Shown here in pieces: positions 23,120-33,893 of a DNA stretch of 34,676 nucleotides. The translations under genes and the position numbers were made by a program. The notes beneath the pieces are model-generated. The model did no database searches. It was not told where the DNA came from and worked only from the letters and a program-made list of their open reading frames with translations. Position 1 is the first letter of the stretch. Every line of letters starts with the position of its first letter. Source of the DNA: Octopus bimaculoides (Eukaryota); assembly GCF_001194135.2 (NCBI RefSeq), contig NC_068985.1, positions 5,646,625 to 5,681,300 of the forward strand, written 5' to 3'.

Positions 23120-23330
23120 GGTAGATGGGGCTCATTAGCCGTGGTGAAGGCAACTCTTCTAGGAGAAGGACACTCGGACATAAAACCAGGTCATTGTAAC
23201 GACAGTCCCTTAATTGGCTGCCCTATCAAAGCCATGAGTGGTTGATGGGGTGGATTGGGCTCCTGTTTTGAAGCAAAGTCATGATTAGGACAACCAGTAT
23301 AGGAGAATAAAACTCTGAATTCAAATTGCT
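23120..23330 (+). mobile_element. Possible RTE-clade LINE 5'-UTR remnant
   Basis: Two related motifs, GGCAACTCTTCTAGGAGAAGGACACTC and GACAACCAGTATAGGAGAATAAAACTCTGAATTCAAA, resemble a motif I recall from RTE 5' UTRs. Unverified. Confidence 0.4.
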
Positions 23331-24199
23331 GGCTTGCAATTTCCTTTTGAGGAAAAGCCTAGGAGAACGTACTCCGATATGAAACCTGCAGTCAACTTAG
23401 TACTAGTCATCTTGCTTTGCTTGTCACTGGAGTCTACTATTTTGACCCCGAGAGTGGCAAAAGCGTTGTACAAGCGTTTGTCACTGAAATCCAATGAAGT
23501 ACAAAACACCATCACCATACAATCGTCACTTTTCAAAAGTCCTATGGCGATAGAGATGTGGCAATGTATGCAGACTTGACCAGTTGGAAGTATACAGCTA
23601 CAAATCTGCGCATAAGGTGGCAGGGTTCTTATTTTAACATCGCTAACATGTTTCCATGGACAGGAACTGTTTTTGGTGGAGAATCCTGTGTCTGAGCAGC
23701 CCTTTTAAGGAGAACACTGCTCACCTGGATATACTGGTTGTCTACCGTTGTCATTGTGTTTAATGTGTAAATCAGTGGTTCCTGACAATTTGAAATTTCT
23801 CTCCTCTTCGGAGTTTGTTTTTTGTTCCTCCACCTTGTTCTTTATGTTTCATATGAAAAGCCTATTTAAATCATGATAAAAAATGAAAATGGTTTCTTAT
23901 TACATGAATCGTTAAGTGTGTAACAATAAAATATTTAATATTATCTTCACAATGAATGCAGTCTTTAAGTCATTGCTTTAAAATGATTTCAAAATCTTAT
24001 TAAATTCGTTAAAAAAACCCATTTGATTTACTAAGACAGATCGTTAATTCAATTACTTTCTAAGAGAAACTCTCTCTTGTTAACGTCATGCACCTCCTCA
24101 CCTCTATTAAAGATGGTTATAAATCCTCTGAGTAGAGATTACTTGTATAAATCTACATATTTTTAATCTTTACCTTTCATTCTAAATTTGAAATAACTA

Positions 24200-24420
24200 C
24201 GTATTTGTGTTTGCCTCCCCTCCCCTGATACACTGCTTGGGGTGTTGGTTTGTTTACGTCTTCGTAGCATAGCGGTTCGACAAAAGAGAACGATGGTGGG
24301 AGTAACAGATTTACAAAAAAAAAATGTACTGGGGGGTGGTCTATAAGTTCGACTAAACCATTCAAACTGGTGCTCCAGCATTGCCGCAATCCAATGATTG
24401 AAAGCAAATAAGAGATAAAA
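24200..24420 (+). mobile_element. SINE family B, 3' half
   Basis: GTGTTGGTTTGTTTACGTC..CGTAGCATAGCGGTTCGACAAAAGAG...GGTGCTCCAGCATTGCCGCAATCCAATGATTGAAA. Confidence 0.8.
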
Positions 24421-24857
24421 TATAATCTTTTCTACTCTAGGCACAAGGCCCGAAATTTTGGGGGAGGGGGAGAATTGATTAGATCGATCCCAGTACGCAA
24501 TTGGTACTTAATTTATCGACCCCGAAAGGATGAAAGGTAAAGTCGACCTCGGCGGAATTTGAACTCAGAACGTAGCGGCAGACGAAATACCGCTAAGCAT
24601 TTCGCCAGGCCTGTTAACGTTTCTTATTTCTTTATTGCCCACAAGTGGCTAAACATACAGAGGACATACAAGGACAGACAAAGGGATTAAGTCGATTAGA
24701 TCGACCTCAGTACGTAACTGGTACTTAATTTATCGACCCCGAAAGGATTAAAGTCAAAATCGACCTCGGCGGAATTTGAACTCAGAACGTAACGGGAGAC
24801 GAAATACCGCTAAGCATACGCCCGACGTGCTAACGTTTCTGCCAGCTCGCTGCCTTT
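24421..24857 (-). mobile_element. Dimeric SINE family C (long-tail unit 24624-24857 fused to a head-truncated short-tail unit 24421-24623)
   Basis: The core GGTACTTAATTTATCGACCCCGAAAGGAT.AAAG..AAA.TCGACCTCGGCGGAATTTGAACTCAGAACGTA..GG.AGACGAAATACCGCTAAGCAT occurs twice, with the junction AACGTTTC|TTATTTCTTTATTG. Confidence 0.92.
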
Positions 24858-25791
24858 AGAGTTTAAATATATAATAAATAGTTAAATTATATGTGATAAA
24901 CGTAAGCTTAGAATACATTTTATCTGATAGCTGATATATATATTAAAAAAATATGGAGTGGTTTTCTGCTGTAACAGTTTCATTAAAGACTAACAATAAC
25001 AACAAGAGTTTACTTGAAGATTTTCTAATTCCTGATACTTTTTCACCTGATTGTCGTACTGTCACCTATATAAATGATATCAAGTAGAACTTAAGTACAA
25101 CAATGGGAAACAATTTAATGCGGTACACAGATTTATCGAATTGTGACCAAGCGAGTTGTCAGCAAGCTATTTGCAACTCTAGCAGTTTTAAGTAGATTCA
25201 GCGCCTGACAATCTCCTAGATAACGTTCTCTCTTTAATATAAATTCATTAATGCTTGCTGGTTATTAAATTAGAGTGTTTTTTCAGAAGTTTATTCAATT
25301 ATTTTATTCTTTATTTATTCGTTATTTGTAACCAGCTACTACTATACGTAATTGAAAATGTTGCTGTCAAACAACTTTTCCAGAAGATGTTTCATATATA
25401 TATTATTTTTGTCAGATGAATTCGATTTATATTCTGCATTATTGTTCAGTGGTGCTCTGCTACATTTACACTGCTAACACCTGAACCAATTCATTTGTTA
25501 TTTCTCTCTTCTGAACGGATTAAAGCTGTTATCAGCTAATTTAAATTCCTTTAAAGAACAGTGTAAATTTTGCAATCGCTACAATGCTTACCACTTCTTT
25601 GCTCATAATGTTAATTTTATAAAACAAACAATTCTGTTACAGCACCCGTTTTCATTTCTCCAAGGTCAATGAATATAATTTTAATTATTGTCGTAATAAA
25701 GCAATCATTATTAATCATCTAATTAATTTTAACTTGTAATTTTGTTTTAATCAATTATATTATAAATTTACTTTTAATTATTCGACTATAC

Positions 25792-25949
25792 AGGCGTGGT
25801 TGTGTGGTAAGAAGTTTGTTCTCCAGCCACATGGTTTCGGGTTCAGTTCCAATACGTGGCACTTTGGGCAAGTATTTGCTACTATAGCCTCGGGCTGGCC
25901 AAAGTATTGTGAATGGATTTGGTAGACAGAAACTGGAAGAATCCCGTCG
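25792..25949 (+). mobile_element. SINE family B 5' half (tRNA-like head) running into (TA)n and a gap
   Basis: AGGCGTGGTTGTGTGGTAAGAAG...GGTTTCGGGTTCAGTTCC...CTTTGGGCAAGTATTTGCTACTATAGCC...GGATTTGGTAGACAGAAACTG. Confidence 0.9.
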
Positions 25950-25955
25950 CATATG

Positions 25956-26000
<45 letters not shown>

Positions 26001-26470
26001 NNNNNNNNNNNNNNNNNNNNNNNNNNNNNNNNNNNNNNNNNNNNNNNNNNNNNNNNNNNNNNNNNNNNNNNNNNNNNNNNNNNNNNNNNNNNNNNNNNNN
26101 NNNNNNNNNNNNNNNNNNNNNNNNNNNNNNNNNNNNNNNNNNNNNNNNNNNNNNNNNNNNNNNNNNNNNNNNNNNNNNNNNNNNNNNNNNNNNNNNNNNN
26201 NNNNNNNNNNNNNNNNNNNNNNNNNNNNNNNNNNNNNNNNNNNNNNNNNNNNNNNNNNNNNNNNNNNNNNNNNNNNNNNNNNNNNNNNNNNNNNNNNNNN
26301 NNNNNNNNNNNNNNNNNNNNNNNNNNNNNNNNNNNNNNNNNNNNNNNNNNNNNNNNNNNNNNNNNNNNNNNNNNNNNNAAGAGAATGCGACAAGGGTGGG
26401 CCACAAGTGCTACGTCGATCTCCTTTCACCGCCAGACTTAGTTCGATCCGAGGTTATTCTTTATTCCTTC

Positions 26471-26800
26471 CTTGTTTCATTCATCGGGCAGTGGCCATGC
26501 TGGGGCATCGCCTTGAAAGGTTTTATCGAACAAATCGATCTCAGTATCTATATATTCTATCGCTGTTTGTGCTGAACCTTTAAGTCACGGGGACGAAAGT
26601 AATCAAAGCGGTGGCTGGGTACACACAGAAAGACACCCCTACATAATACACACACACACACGCACACAAACACTCATGTGTGCATGGAATTTCTGTGTTC
26701 CAAACTCACTAACGGAGCATAAGTGGTCAGCTTGCCCAATGTGCCGCGCAGTGGGTTGGATTCAACTACTATATGATTGTGAGGCGAACTACATAAGCCA
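26471..26800 (-). mobile_element. Older degenerate SINE family B
   Basis: GTGGCCATGCTGGGGCATCGCC...CTAAGTCACGGGGACG...internal (AC)n...TTGCCCAATGTGCCGCGCAGTGGG. Confidence 0.75.
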
Positions 26801-26874
26801 TTTCTTTCTCGTCCAGCTATCTTGGCTGATGTACGATGTAGGAAGGAGATTAAAAAGCGAATAATGCTATCAAA

Positions 26875-27250
26875 ATTCGCATTCTCAAAATTGCATAACA
26901 TTTTGCGAAACCGAGATCCGTATAATGAACCGCAACGTATTCTCTGTGTTCATGAATAGAAGCATGGCATGGCGTATAACATCAGAAGTGAGACGGTGCT
27001 TGGAGGGCTGGGAAATGTGATTCTTAAGAGGATTATTGCGGACAGTATGGACAGACAACGTGTTTAATGAAGAAGTGATGACCCAGGCTGCGGTAAATAG
27101 GAAACTGCTTTGTGGGAGAAGGGCCAAGCAGCTAAGATTTCTTGGTCATGTGATGAGGAAAGATAGCCTGGAGAAGGTTGATATGGATGTCAAGCTTGAT
27201 GAACGGGTTGGAAGAAAGAGGCCTCACATACACAGGCATGAGTGAGAACG
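26875..27250 (+). mobile_element. RTE-clade LINE, 5'-truncated 3' fragment (decayed RT C-terminal region)
   Basis: Translation AWRITSEVRRCLEGWEM*FLRGLLRTVWTDNVFNEEVMTQAAVNRKLLCGRRAKQLRFLGHVMRKDSLEK...RVGRKRP fits the RTE pattern EMW.LRR.L.ISWT..V.NEEV....R.RQLRFLGHV.R...LE...G+R.RGRP. Confidence 0.9.
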
Positions 27251-27258
27251 AGTTGCGT

Positions 27259-27261
<3 letters not shown>

Positions 27262-27304
<43 letters not shown>

Positions 27305-27420
27305 AGAAGAGAGAAGAGAGAGAGAGTTGTGTAAAGGGAGAGAGAGAGGAGAGAGTGTGTAAGAAGAGTGAGAGTGGTGTAAGAGGAGAGAGAGAGAGGA
27401 AAGAGTGGTGTAAGAGGAAA
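27262..27420. repeat. (AG)n and AG-rich low-complexity tract
   Basis: Direct reading. Confidence 0.95.
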
Positions 27421-28117
27421 GAAAGAATGTGTGTGAATGTGTGTGTGCGGGGCTGGAATGATGAAACAGTAGAAATAGATGACATAGTATCTTTACCCAA
27501 TAAGGCGCAGCAGTATTGGAGATAATCGAATGATCCTGTCAGAGTGGGAAGCATGCGAACCACCACCACCACCAGCACCACCACCACCACCATCAGTGAA
27601 ATCATTCATGTTTTACTTTCATAATGTCAGCTATTCCGCGAGGCTCCTACGACAATGAGCAATGTTACAGGACAGGAGAAAAGGGATGAGCCAGAGATAC
27701 ACAATGGAAGGAGGAAAAAAAACACACACACACACACAAAAAAAATAAATAAATGACAAAAATGGCAAAAAAGAAAAGGGAGTAGCGAATGCTGTTGGGA
27801 ATTCTTGTCGTCGTGCTGCCGTTGCCGCGGTGGCGGTGGTGATGAGAATAATGGGGAAAGGGGAAAGGGACCAGCTGCAACGCGTGTGGGGAGCTGAGAA
27901 GGGTTGAGCTTCGTCTGACTATCGATAAGGGTGTTGGATGGAAGAAGGGGTCGGACTTGCTTGCGGGACTTCGGTTGCGGCCGATCTCTATGACATATAA
28001 AAGAGGGAATTTGCAGAAACGCATTCTTCGAATATCTTTATTGTGCATCCATATTGAATGTTTTGGAAGACGAGAAGATGTGGAATTATTTCGATGACGT
28101 TTGTCATTGTTTTACCC

Positions 28118-28150
<33 letters not shown>

Positions 28151-28382
28151 CGGTTGCAGCAGCAGCAGTAGTAGTAATAATAGTAGTAGTAGTGTTAGTA
28201 GTAGTAGCAGCAGCAGTAGCAGTAAAGCAGCAGTAGCAGTAAAGCAGCAGTAGAGGTCGTAGTAGTAGTAGTAGTAAAGCAGTAGCAGTCATAGTAGTAG
28301 TAGTAGTGGCAGCAGCAGACGTCGCAGTAGTAACATCGGCAGCAATAGTAGTATAAGTAGTAGTAGTAGTAGTAGTAGTAGT
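28118..28382. repeat. Compound (GTA)n/(GCA)n microsatellite
   Basis: Direct reading. Confidence 0.97.
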
Positions 28383-28425
28383 TTGTAATAGATGTGCATT
28401 GCCTGAGTATCTTACTGAGCACGAG

Positions 28426-28725
28426 GGTGCGTGACTCAGTGGTTAGACCATTCGGCTCACGATCATAAAGCCGTAAGTTCCACTCCTGGCAACGCGTTCT
28501 GTCCTTCGGCATGACACTTTATTTCACATTGCTCCAGTCTACTCAGCCGGCACAAATAAGTAGTACCTGTAATTTACCAGCCTTGTCACACTGTGTCATA
28601 CTGAATCTCTCTGACAACTGCGTTAAGGGTACACATGTCTGTGGAGTACTCAGCCACTTGCACGTTAATTTCACGAGCAAGCTGTTGTTCCATTGATTGG
28701 ATCAACTATATCACTCGTTGTCATG
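28426..28725 (+). mobile_element. SINE family A (CORE-like subfamily)
   Basis: Head GGTGCGTGACTCAGTGGTTAG..., central GACACTTTATTTCACATTGCTCCAGTCTACTCAGC, and body TTAAGGGTACACATGTCTGTGGAGTACTCAGCCACTTGCACGTTAATTTCACGAGCA, the reverse complement of 18994-19306. Confidence 0.88.
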
Positions 28726-28784
28726 GGATCCGGCTGGGATGACATCTCGTGATGGCTGGCTACGTGTCACATGGCTACAGCGGA

Positions 28785-29017
28785 TAAAGGCGGCGAGCTG
28801 GCAGAAACGTTAGCGCGCCGGGCGAAATGCTTGGCGGTATTTCGTCTGCCGCTACATTCTGAGTTCAAATTCCGCCGAAGTCGATTTTGCCTTTCATCCT
28901 TTCAGAGCCGATTANNNNNNNNNNGGCTACGCACTGGGGTCGATATAATCGACTTAATCCGTTTGTCTGTCCTTGTTTGTCCCCTCTGTGTGTAGCCCCT
29001 TGCGGGTAGTAAAGAAA
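28785..29017 (+). mobile_element. SINE family C, monomeric long-tail unit
   Basis: AAGGCGGCGAGCTGGCAGAAACGTTAGCGCGCCGGGCGAAATGCTTGGCGG...TGAGTTCAAATTCC (B-box-like)...GTCCTTGTTTGTCCCCTCTGTGTGTAGCCCCTTGCGGGTAGTAAAGAAATA. Confidence 0.93.
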
Positions 29018-29658
29018 TATCATGGTTACAGAGGATGAGCAAGTTTCTTGCAGAGATGGGAACTGACAACCCGAGCAATGCCGACAAATGGAGGATGCTG
29101 TGACGTATTTCAACGCCATATGTCCCCATACTTGACCTGACCTGACTTGATCTTTAATCAAAAGATATTAACGATTATTCTGCATTAATACTTGAAACTG
29201 ATCTAGATTTAGAAAAAAAAATGGAATAAATTATAAAGTTGTGGTCACAGATTGAATTATCAAGATAAAAAACAAAGAAAAAAGAAATAAACACTGCATT
29301 TAGAATGCTTCGAAGTTACATCTGATATAGAGAATTTATGCTGAATAAAAGATGGTAGAGAACTTTATTATCTACAAAGCATTTCAAAATATTCGTTGTA
29401 AGATTATAAAAATAACTAAGAAAGACCAATCGGAAACCAAAAGACATTGCTATAAAACACATTATAAAAAGCATCTGTTTTCGGTTTTCAAGGAGGCTCA
29501 CGAATATAAAACAGAAGCTGAAATGACAGTTTTGAATAAAAACGGAAGGTAAGTACCTACATAAACTCTGAAGACAGAAACAACTAAACTAAATATTGTT
29601 TATACCTCAAAAATAATAATAATAAGTGAAATAAAAAATAAAAGGTGGAAATAGACAA

Positions 29659-29730
<72 letters not shown>
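29659..29730. repeat. (AAT)n microsatellite (also 30233-30251)
   Basis: Direct reading; the two tracts flank the young Dong-type insertion. Confidence 0.99.
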
Positions 29731-29734
<4 letters not shown>

Positions 29735-29750
29735 CGAGAATAGTAATAAT

Positions 29751-30232
29751 AAAACGAGAAAGCAACCATACTCTGGGATATGCCAATACACACAGATAGA
29801 GAAATTAAGGCAAATAGACCAGATATAGTTGTCAAAGATCACGAAGAAAAAAAATGCTTTCTAATTGATGTATCAATACCAGCAGATGACAACGTTTCTC
29901 TAAAAGAAATGGAAAAACTTTCAAAATACAAAGACCTGGAAATAGAGGTAACTCGAATGTGGAATCTAAAAACAGAAACAATTCCTATCATAGTAGGTGC
30001 CTTAGGTATAATAAAAAAAATATTCAGACAAATACATAACAAAAACACCAGGACTTACAAATATATATAACATACAGAAAATTGCACTACTGGGCACTGC
30101 ACACATTCTACGCAAAACACTTTCAATACAGTAACCATAAGAGCATCACAGCAAACCACAGCACATACCCAAGGCGCACAGAGCTGCGCTCGGTAGTGAA
30201 ATGAAAGCACGTTATAAAAATAAAACTACTGA
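29751..30232 (+). mobile_element. Young 5'-truncated R4/Dong-type non-LTR retrotransposon (RLE endonuclease C-terminus + 3' UTR)
   Basis: NEKATILWDMPIHTDREIKANRPDIVVKDHEEKKCFLIDVSIPADDNVSLKEMEKLSKYKDLEIEVTRMWNLKTETIPIIVGALGIIKK[+1 A]YSDKYITKTPGLTNIYNIQKIALLGTAHILRKTLSIQ* (stop 30132-30134). It contains the PD..D and K..KY motifs of restriction-like endonucleases and is flanked by (AAT)n, the known Dong target. Confidence 0.93.
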
Positions 30233-30764
30233 ACAATAATAATAATAATAACGACAAAGCTGCTAGCTGAGACGAACTGGTCTGAAAGCTGCACTCCGGC
30301 TGATACTTGGTTATGACACGTGAGCAAAACTTCCTCACTTGCGTGTGTAATGGCGAATATATTATATGACTGCAGAATAGGTTGTGGTGAGAAAGAAACA
30401 ATTAACCAACTCGGTTCCAGCTGCTCAGAAAGAATTCCTCTGAAGACATGAACTTTTATAAAGTGGAAATTAGATAAACATTATCAGATACCAATAATGA
30501 ACCAACCAAGAAGGGGCTTGGAAAATGACAAAGCGACTAAAAATCTGAGATATACCAATCTAATCAGACAGGCTGATGGATTCTAATCAAGCGGATATTA
30601 TTGTCAAGGAGTTTACAGGAAATTTAGCGTTTCCCAAATAATGCATCATTTGCGACAGACAATAAAGTGTGGCTGAAAGAAAACAGCGAAATGATTTGAA
30701 TATAAAAGATATGCAGAAGAAGAGAACCTGAAGACGGGGATCGAAAACAGAACCAATACAAAAA

Positions 30765-31671
30765 CGAGATGGTATCAAAAAGTTCCCGGACTTATGTTAA
30801 ATGAAAAAATAACTTATTTACCTAAGTTTTAACATCATCTCCTTCGAAATAGCAATATACCGGTCCCAGTCATTCTTGGAATCCAGCCTGGAAGTCGTGT
30901 TCTGTGAGTGAGTCGAAGATTTTCCGCGATTCGCTTTGGATCTCGTCAACGGTGTTAAAATGGTGACGTTTGAGCTGCATTTTAATCATGGACAAAAGAT
31001 GGAAGACCGCACGTGATCAATCTGGCGAATAGAGTGGGACCAAAAGCGACACCATGCTGTTTTTGGTGGGAAACTGACGACTGAGGAAAGATCGGTTGAC
31101 AGGGGACATTGTCATCGCGAAGAATCCAATATTCAGCGCTCTACAGAATCGGTCTCTTTCACCAAATATCTCCCCTCAAACGCTTCAAAATGTTGCCGCC
31201 GTAGAACCCTCGACTGAGAGTCTGGCCCTGGGGGACCAATTCTCGATGCCTAATACCACATTTCCTAGGATAATGCTCGTGGCAGGCTTTCCCGATCGCT
31301 AATTGTCTTTCAGGGCCGTTCTTCCGCTTTTGAAACGCCCGTGCAACTCGGAATATTGCGTACGTCACCGTAAGATTGGCCTCGTCACCGTAAGATTGCC
31401 AAAGCATGCTCAATGTCTCTGTAGTAGACTTCCCAAGTTTAACGCAAATTTTCATGTTGGCTCTTTGTTCCCGTCTAAGACAAAATCGCAGACTACAGCA
31501 TACACGTGATCACAAAAACACAAATTTCACAATTTGCAAAGTAAACACAGCGATGTCACTCAGTACACTGCTCAGAAAGGTCGCTGCTAGCTCCCATGCG
31601 CACGCAGCTGTGTGCTGTCTTCTGTTGGCACGCTACAGAACTAGTCTGGAAACATTTTGGATACAACTTCT
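30765..31671 (-). mobile_element. Decayed mariner transposon with TIRs and internal deletion
   Basis: TIRs are CGAGATGGTATCAAAAAGTTCCCGGACT (30765-30792) and AGTCTGGAAACATTTTGGATACAACTTCT (31643-31671), followed by TA. The minus strand gives EQRANMKICVKLGKSTTETLSMLWQSYGDEA (mariner HTH) and HDNVP (second D), then frameshifted remains of the PYSPDLAP.DF.LF region. There is an internal 20-bp-period duplication at 31363-31398. Confidence 0.92.
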
Positions 31672-32299
31672 TATCATATGCGAATAAGGAAAGATTAAAA
31701 ACGAAACGGATGACTATATAAACTAGCAACCTAACATTTACATACATAGAACGACACCTATTTGTTAACAGCAAGAAACTTTCTCCACGGCAAAATACAA
31801 TCAACGGCTCTCTTGTGGGTTCAAATGTGCCCTAAGCATATTGGAACTGGTAGCAAGTGTCTATTCATATGCGTCACTGCTTATCGCTGTCAATCCGTGT
31901 TTTATTTACGGTGAGTCACTGAATAGCGCAATCAGTCATTGAATGATGACAGAAACATCGTAAGAGGGATCTGCCTCTCATGTCAGTTAGCAGCCTGTGT
32001 CTTTCCAGTCCCTGTTTGTGAAGAGGATATAACCACTCCGACATGCGTGCATCCAACAGTCAGGTTAGGGGAAGCTGTGGACTCACTCGGTGTGTTTACA
32101 TCCTTTCTCTTCTACAGTTAAGATACGATCTTTTGTCTACAGTTATCTACACCACTGTTTAGCACTGTCACCCCCGAACAGAGGGAAAACCGATACTAGG
32201 CGCTGCAAACAATCCAAGCACAAACATTAGCGTTGAGTGCACAATCAAAGTAAGCAGTTAAAAAAAGACACTGAAAGAAAAAGAAAACATGTTTCCGAT

Positions 32300-32513
32300 T
32301 TTGGCACAAGTTCAATAGTTTTAAGGAGATGGGTTAATCGATTTTAGCGACTTAAGCATTTGATTGGTAGTTAGTTTTATCGACCTCGAAAGGATGAAAG
32401 GCAAAAATCGAGTCAGGTTGATTTAAGCAGAGTGTAAAAAACCCGGAAGAAATACGGCAAAAAATCCCCGCCCCACGCTCCAACAATTCTTTCAGTTTGC
32501 AGCTTTAAAAAGT

Positions 32514-32593
<80 letters not shown>

Positions 32594-33225
32594 TTCATAT
32601 TTTGGCACGAAGCCAGCAAGTTTGGGGTTAAGTCGATTACATTCAACCTGTGTTCAACCGGTACCCATTTTGTCGGCCCTGTAATGATGAAAGGCCAAGT
32701 TAATCTCGACGGAATTTGAATTCAGAACGTAAAGACAGACGAAATGCCGCTAAGCATTTCACCCGGCGTGGTAACGTTTATGCCAGCTTACCGCCTCCAG
32801 TAAGCAGATAATAATCCTTTCTACTGTAGGCAGAGGTCATGAAAATTTTATGGTTGTGGTAGTGGTGAAGAAAGTGTTGATTACATCGACCCCCGAAAGG
32901 ATGAAATGCAGAATCGACCTCAGTGGAATTTGAACTCTGACCGTCAAAAGTCGAAAGAAATATCGCGAAGCATTTTTCCGGCGTGCTAACGATTCTTATT
33001 TCTTTATTGTCCGTAAGGGGATAAACAAAGAGGGGACAAACAAGGACAGACAAAGGGATTAGCAGATTACATCAAGCCCAGTGCGTAAATGGTACTTATT
33101 TAATCGACCCCGAAAGGATGAAAGGCTAAGTCGACCTCGGCGGAATTTGAACTCAGAGCGTACCGGAAGACGAAATACAGCTAAGCATTTCGCCTGACGT
33201 GCTAACGATTCTGCCAGCTCCCCAA
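32300..33225 (-). mobile_element. Four head-to-tail SINE family C units (~32300-32490, ~32594-32800, and dimer ~32810-32995/32996-33225)
   Basis: Repeated GAAAGGATGAAAGG..AA.TCGACCTC.GCGGAATTTGAACTCAG...GCTAAGCATTTC.CC.G.CGTG.TAACG cores, separated by (TGA)n(TAA)n (32514-32593) and AT-rich tails. Confidence 0.9.
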
Positions 33226-33844
33226 CCGCAATAAAAACATAACAGTAACAAAGAAAAAAAAAAAAGAAAAAAAACCGGCAACAACAAAAACGATTCGGGA
33301 TGCTGACCTCTATCGTCAGTTGACCGTTACAAACATTCTGATAGGGGTTTCTTGTCACAGTCCGAATGCCTTATATTTTAGACGAAGGGTAATTGAAGAT
33401 CAAAGGTCACGACCATTTACAAAAGCCTTAATAGCATTATCGACTTGAAATAAGTCCAGTTGAGAAAGACAAGCGTATCAATACCTTAGTATGATCGATG
33501 ATTAAATCTCCTTTCTTTTCTACCATCAAAGAATAACTTCCAATACCTCGATTTGTTTTTGGATAAATTGAAACGATGTTCAATTTAGAGAGAAGAGGAG
33601 AAATTTGGTGCAGTAAAAATATGTCTCGGAGGGGCATTATCGACGTGAATTAGATGATAAATCAGCCAGAAACCATAGAGGCCGGGTGCTTATAAGTACA
33701 TTGTGCAGCACAAACAATTAAATTATTGATCTTGAGAGGAGGCTGAACACAAAGGAATTCCGGTCGATGTCTGTCACGACACATATTTGTATACGCCTAT
33801 ATTGCATCCTATGACGTTCAAACATGATGGATGCACGAATTCAC

Positions 33845-33845
<1 letters not shown>

Positions 33846-33893
<48 letters not shown>

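Larger units (their letters stand above)
29296..30745 (+). mobile_element. Old, heavily decayed R4/Dong-type non-LTR retrotransposon, split into ~29296-29655 and ~30252-30745
   Basis: The left part translates to SDIENLC*IKDGRELYYLQ (cf. DIDRLY.PR..GGRGL.QL), KKHLFSVFKEAHEYK and RWK. The right part gives DKAAS...EQNFLT, CRIGCGEKETINQLGSSC (CCHC-type knuckle, 30371) and ENDKAT.I*DIPI*SDRLMDSNQADIIVK (RLE domain, 30521-30607). Confidence 0.75.

Noticed and set aside
23773-24130. Second hAT-like MITE starting CAGTGGTTCC
   Set aside because: The right end is too degenerate and the flanking 8-mers do not match.
32009-32065. Small candidate exon (TTTCCAG|...PVCEEDITTPTCVHPTV...CAG|GTTAGG)
   Set aside because: The donor is weak, the peptide is short and unrecognised, and there are no partner exons.
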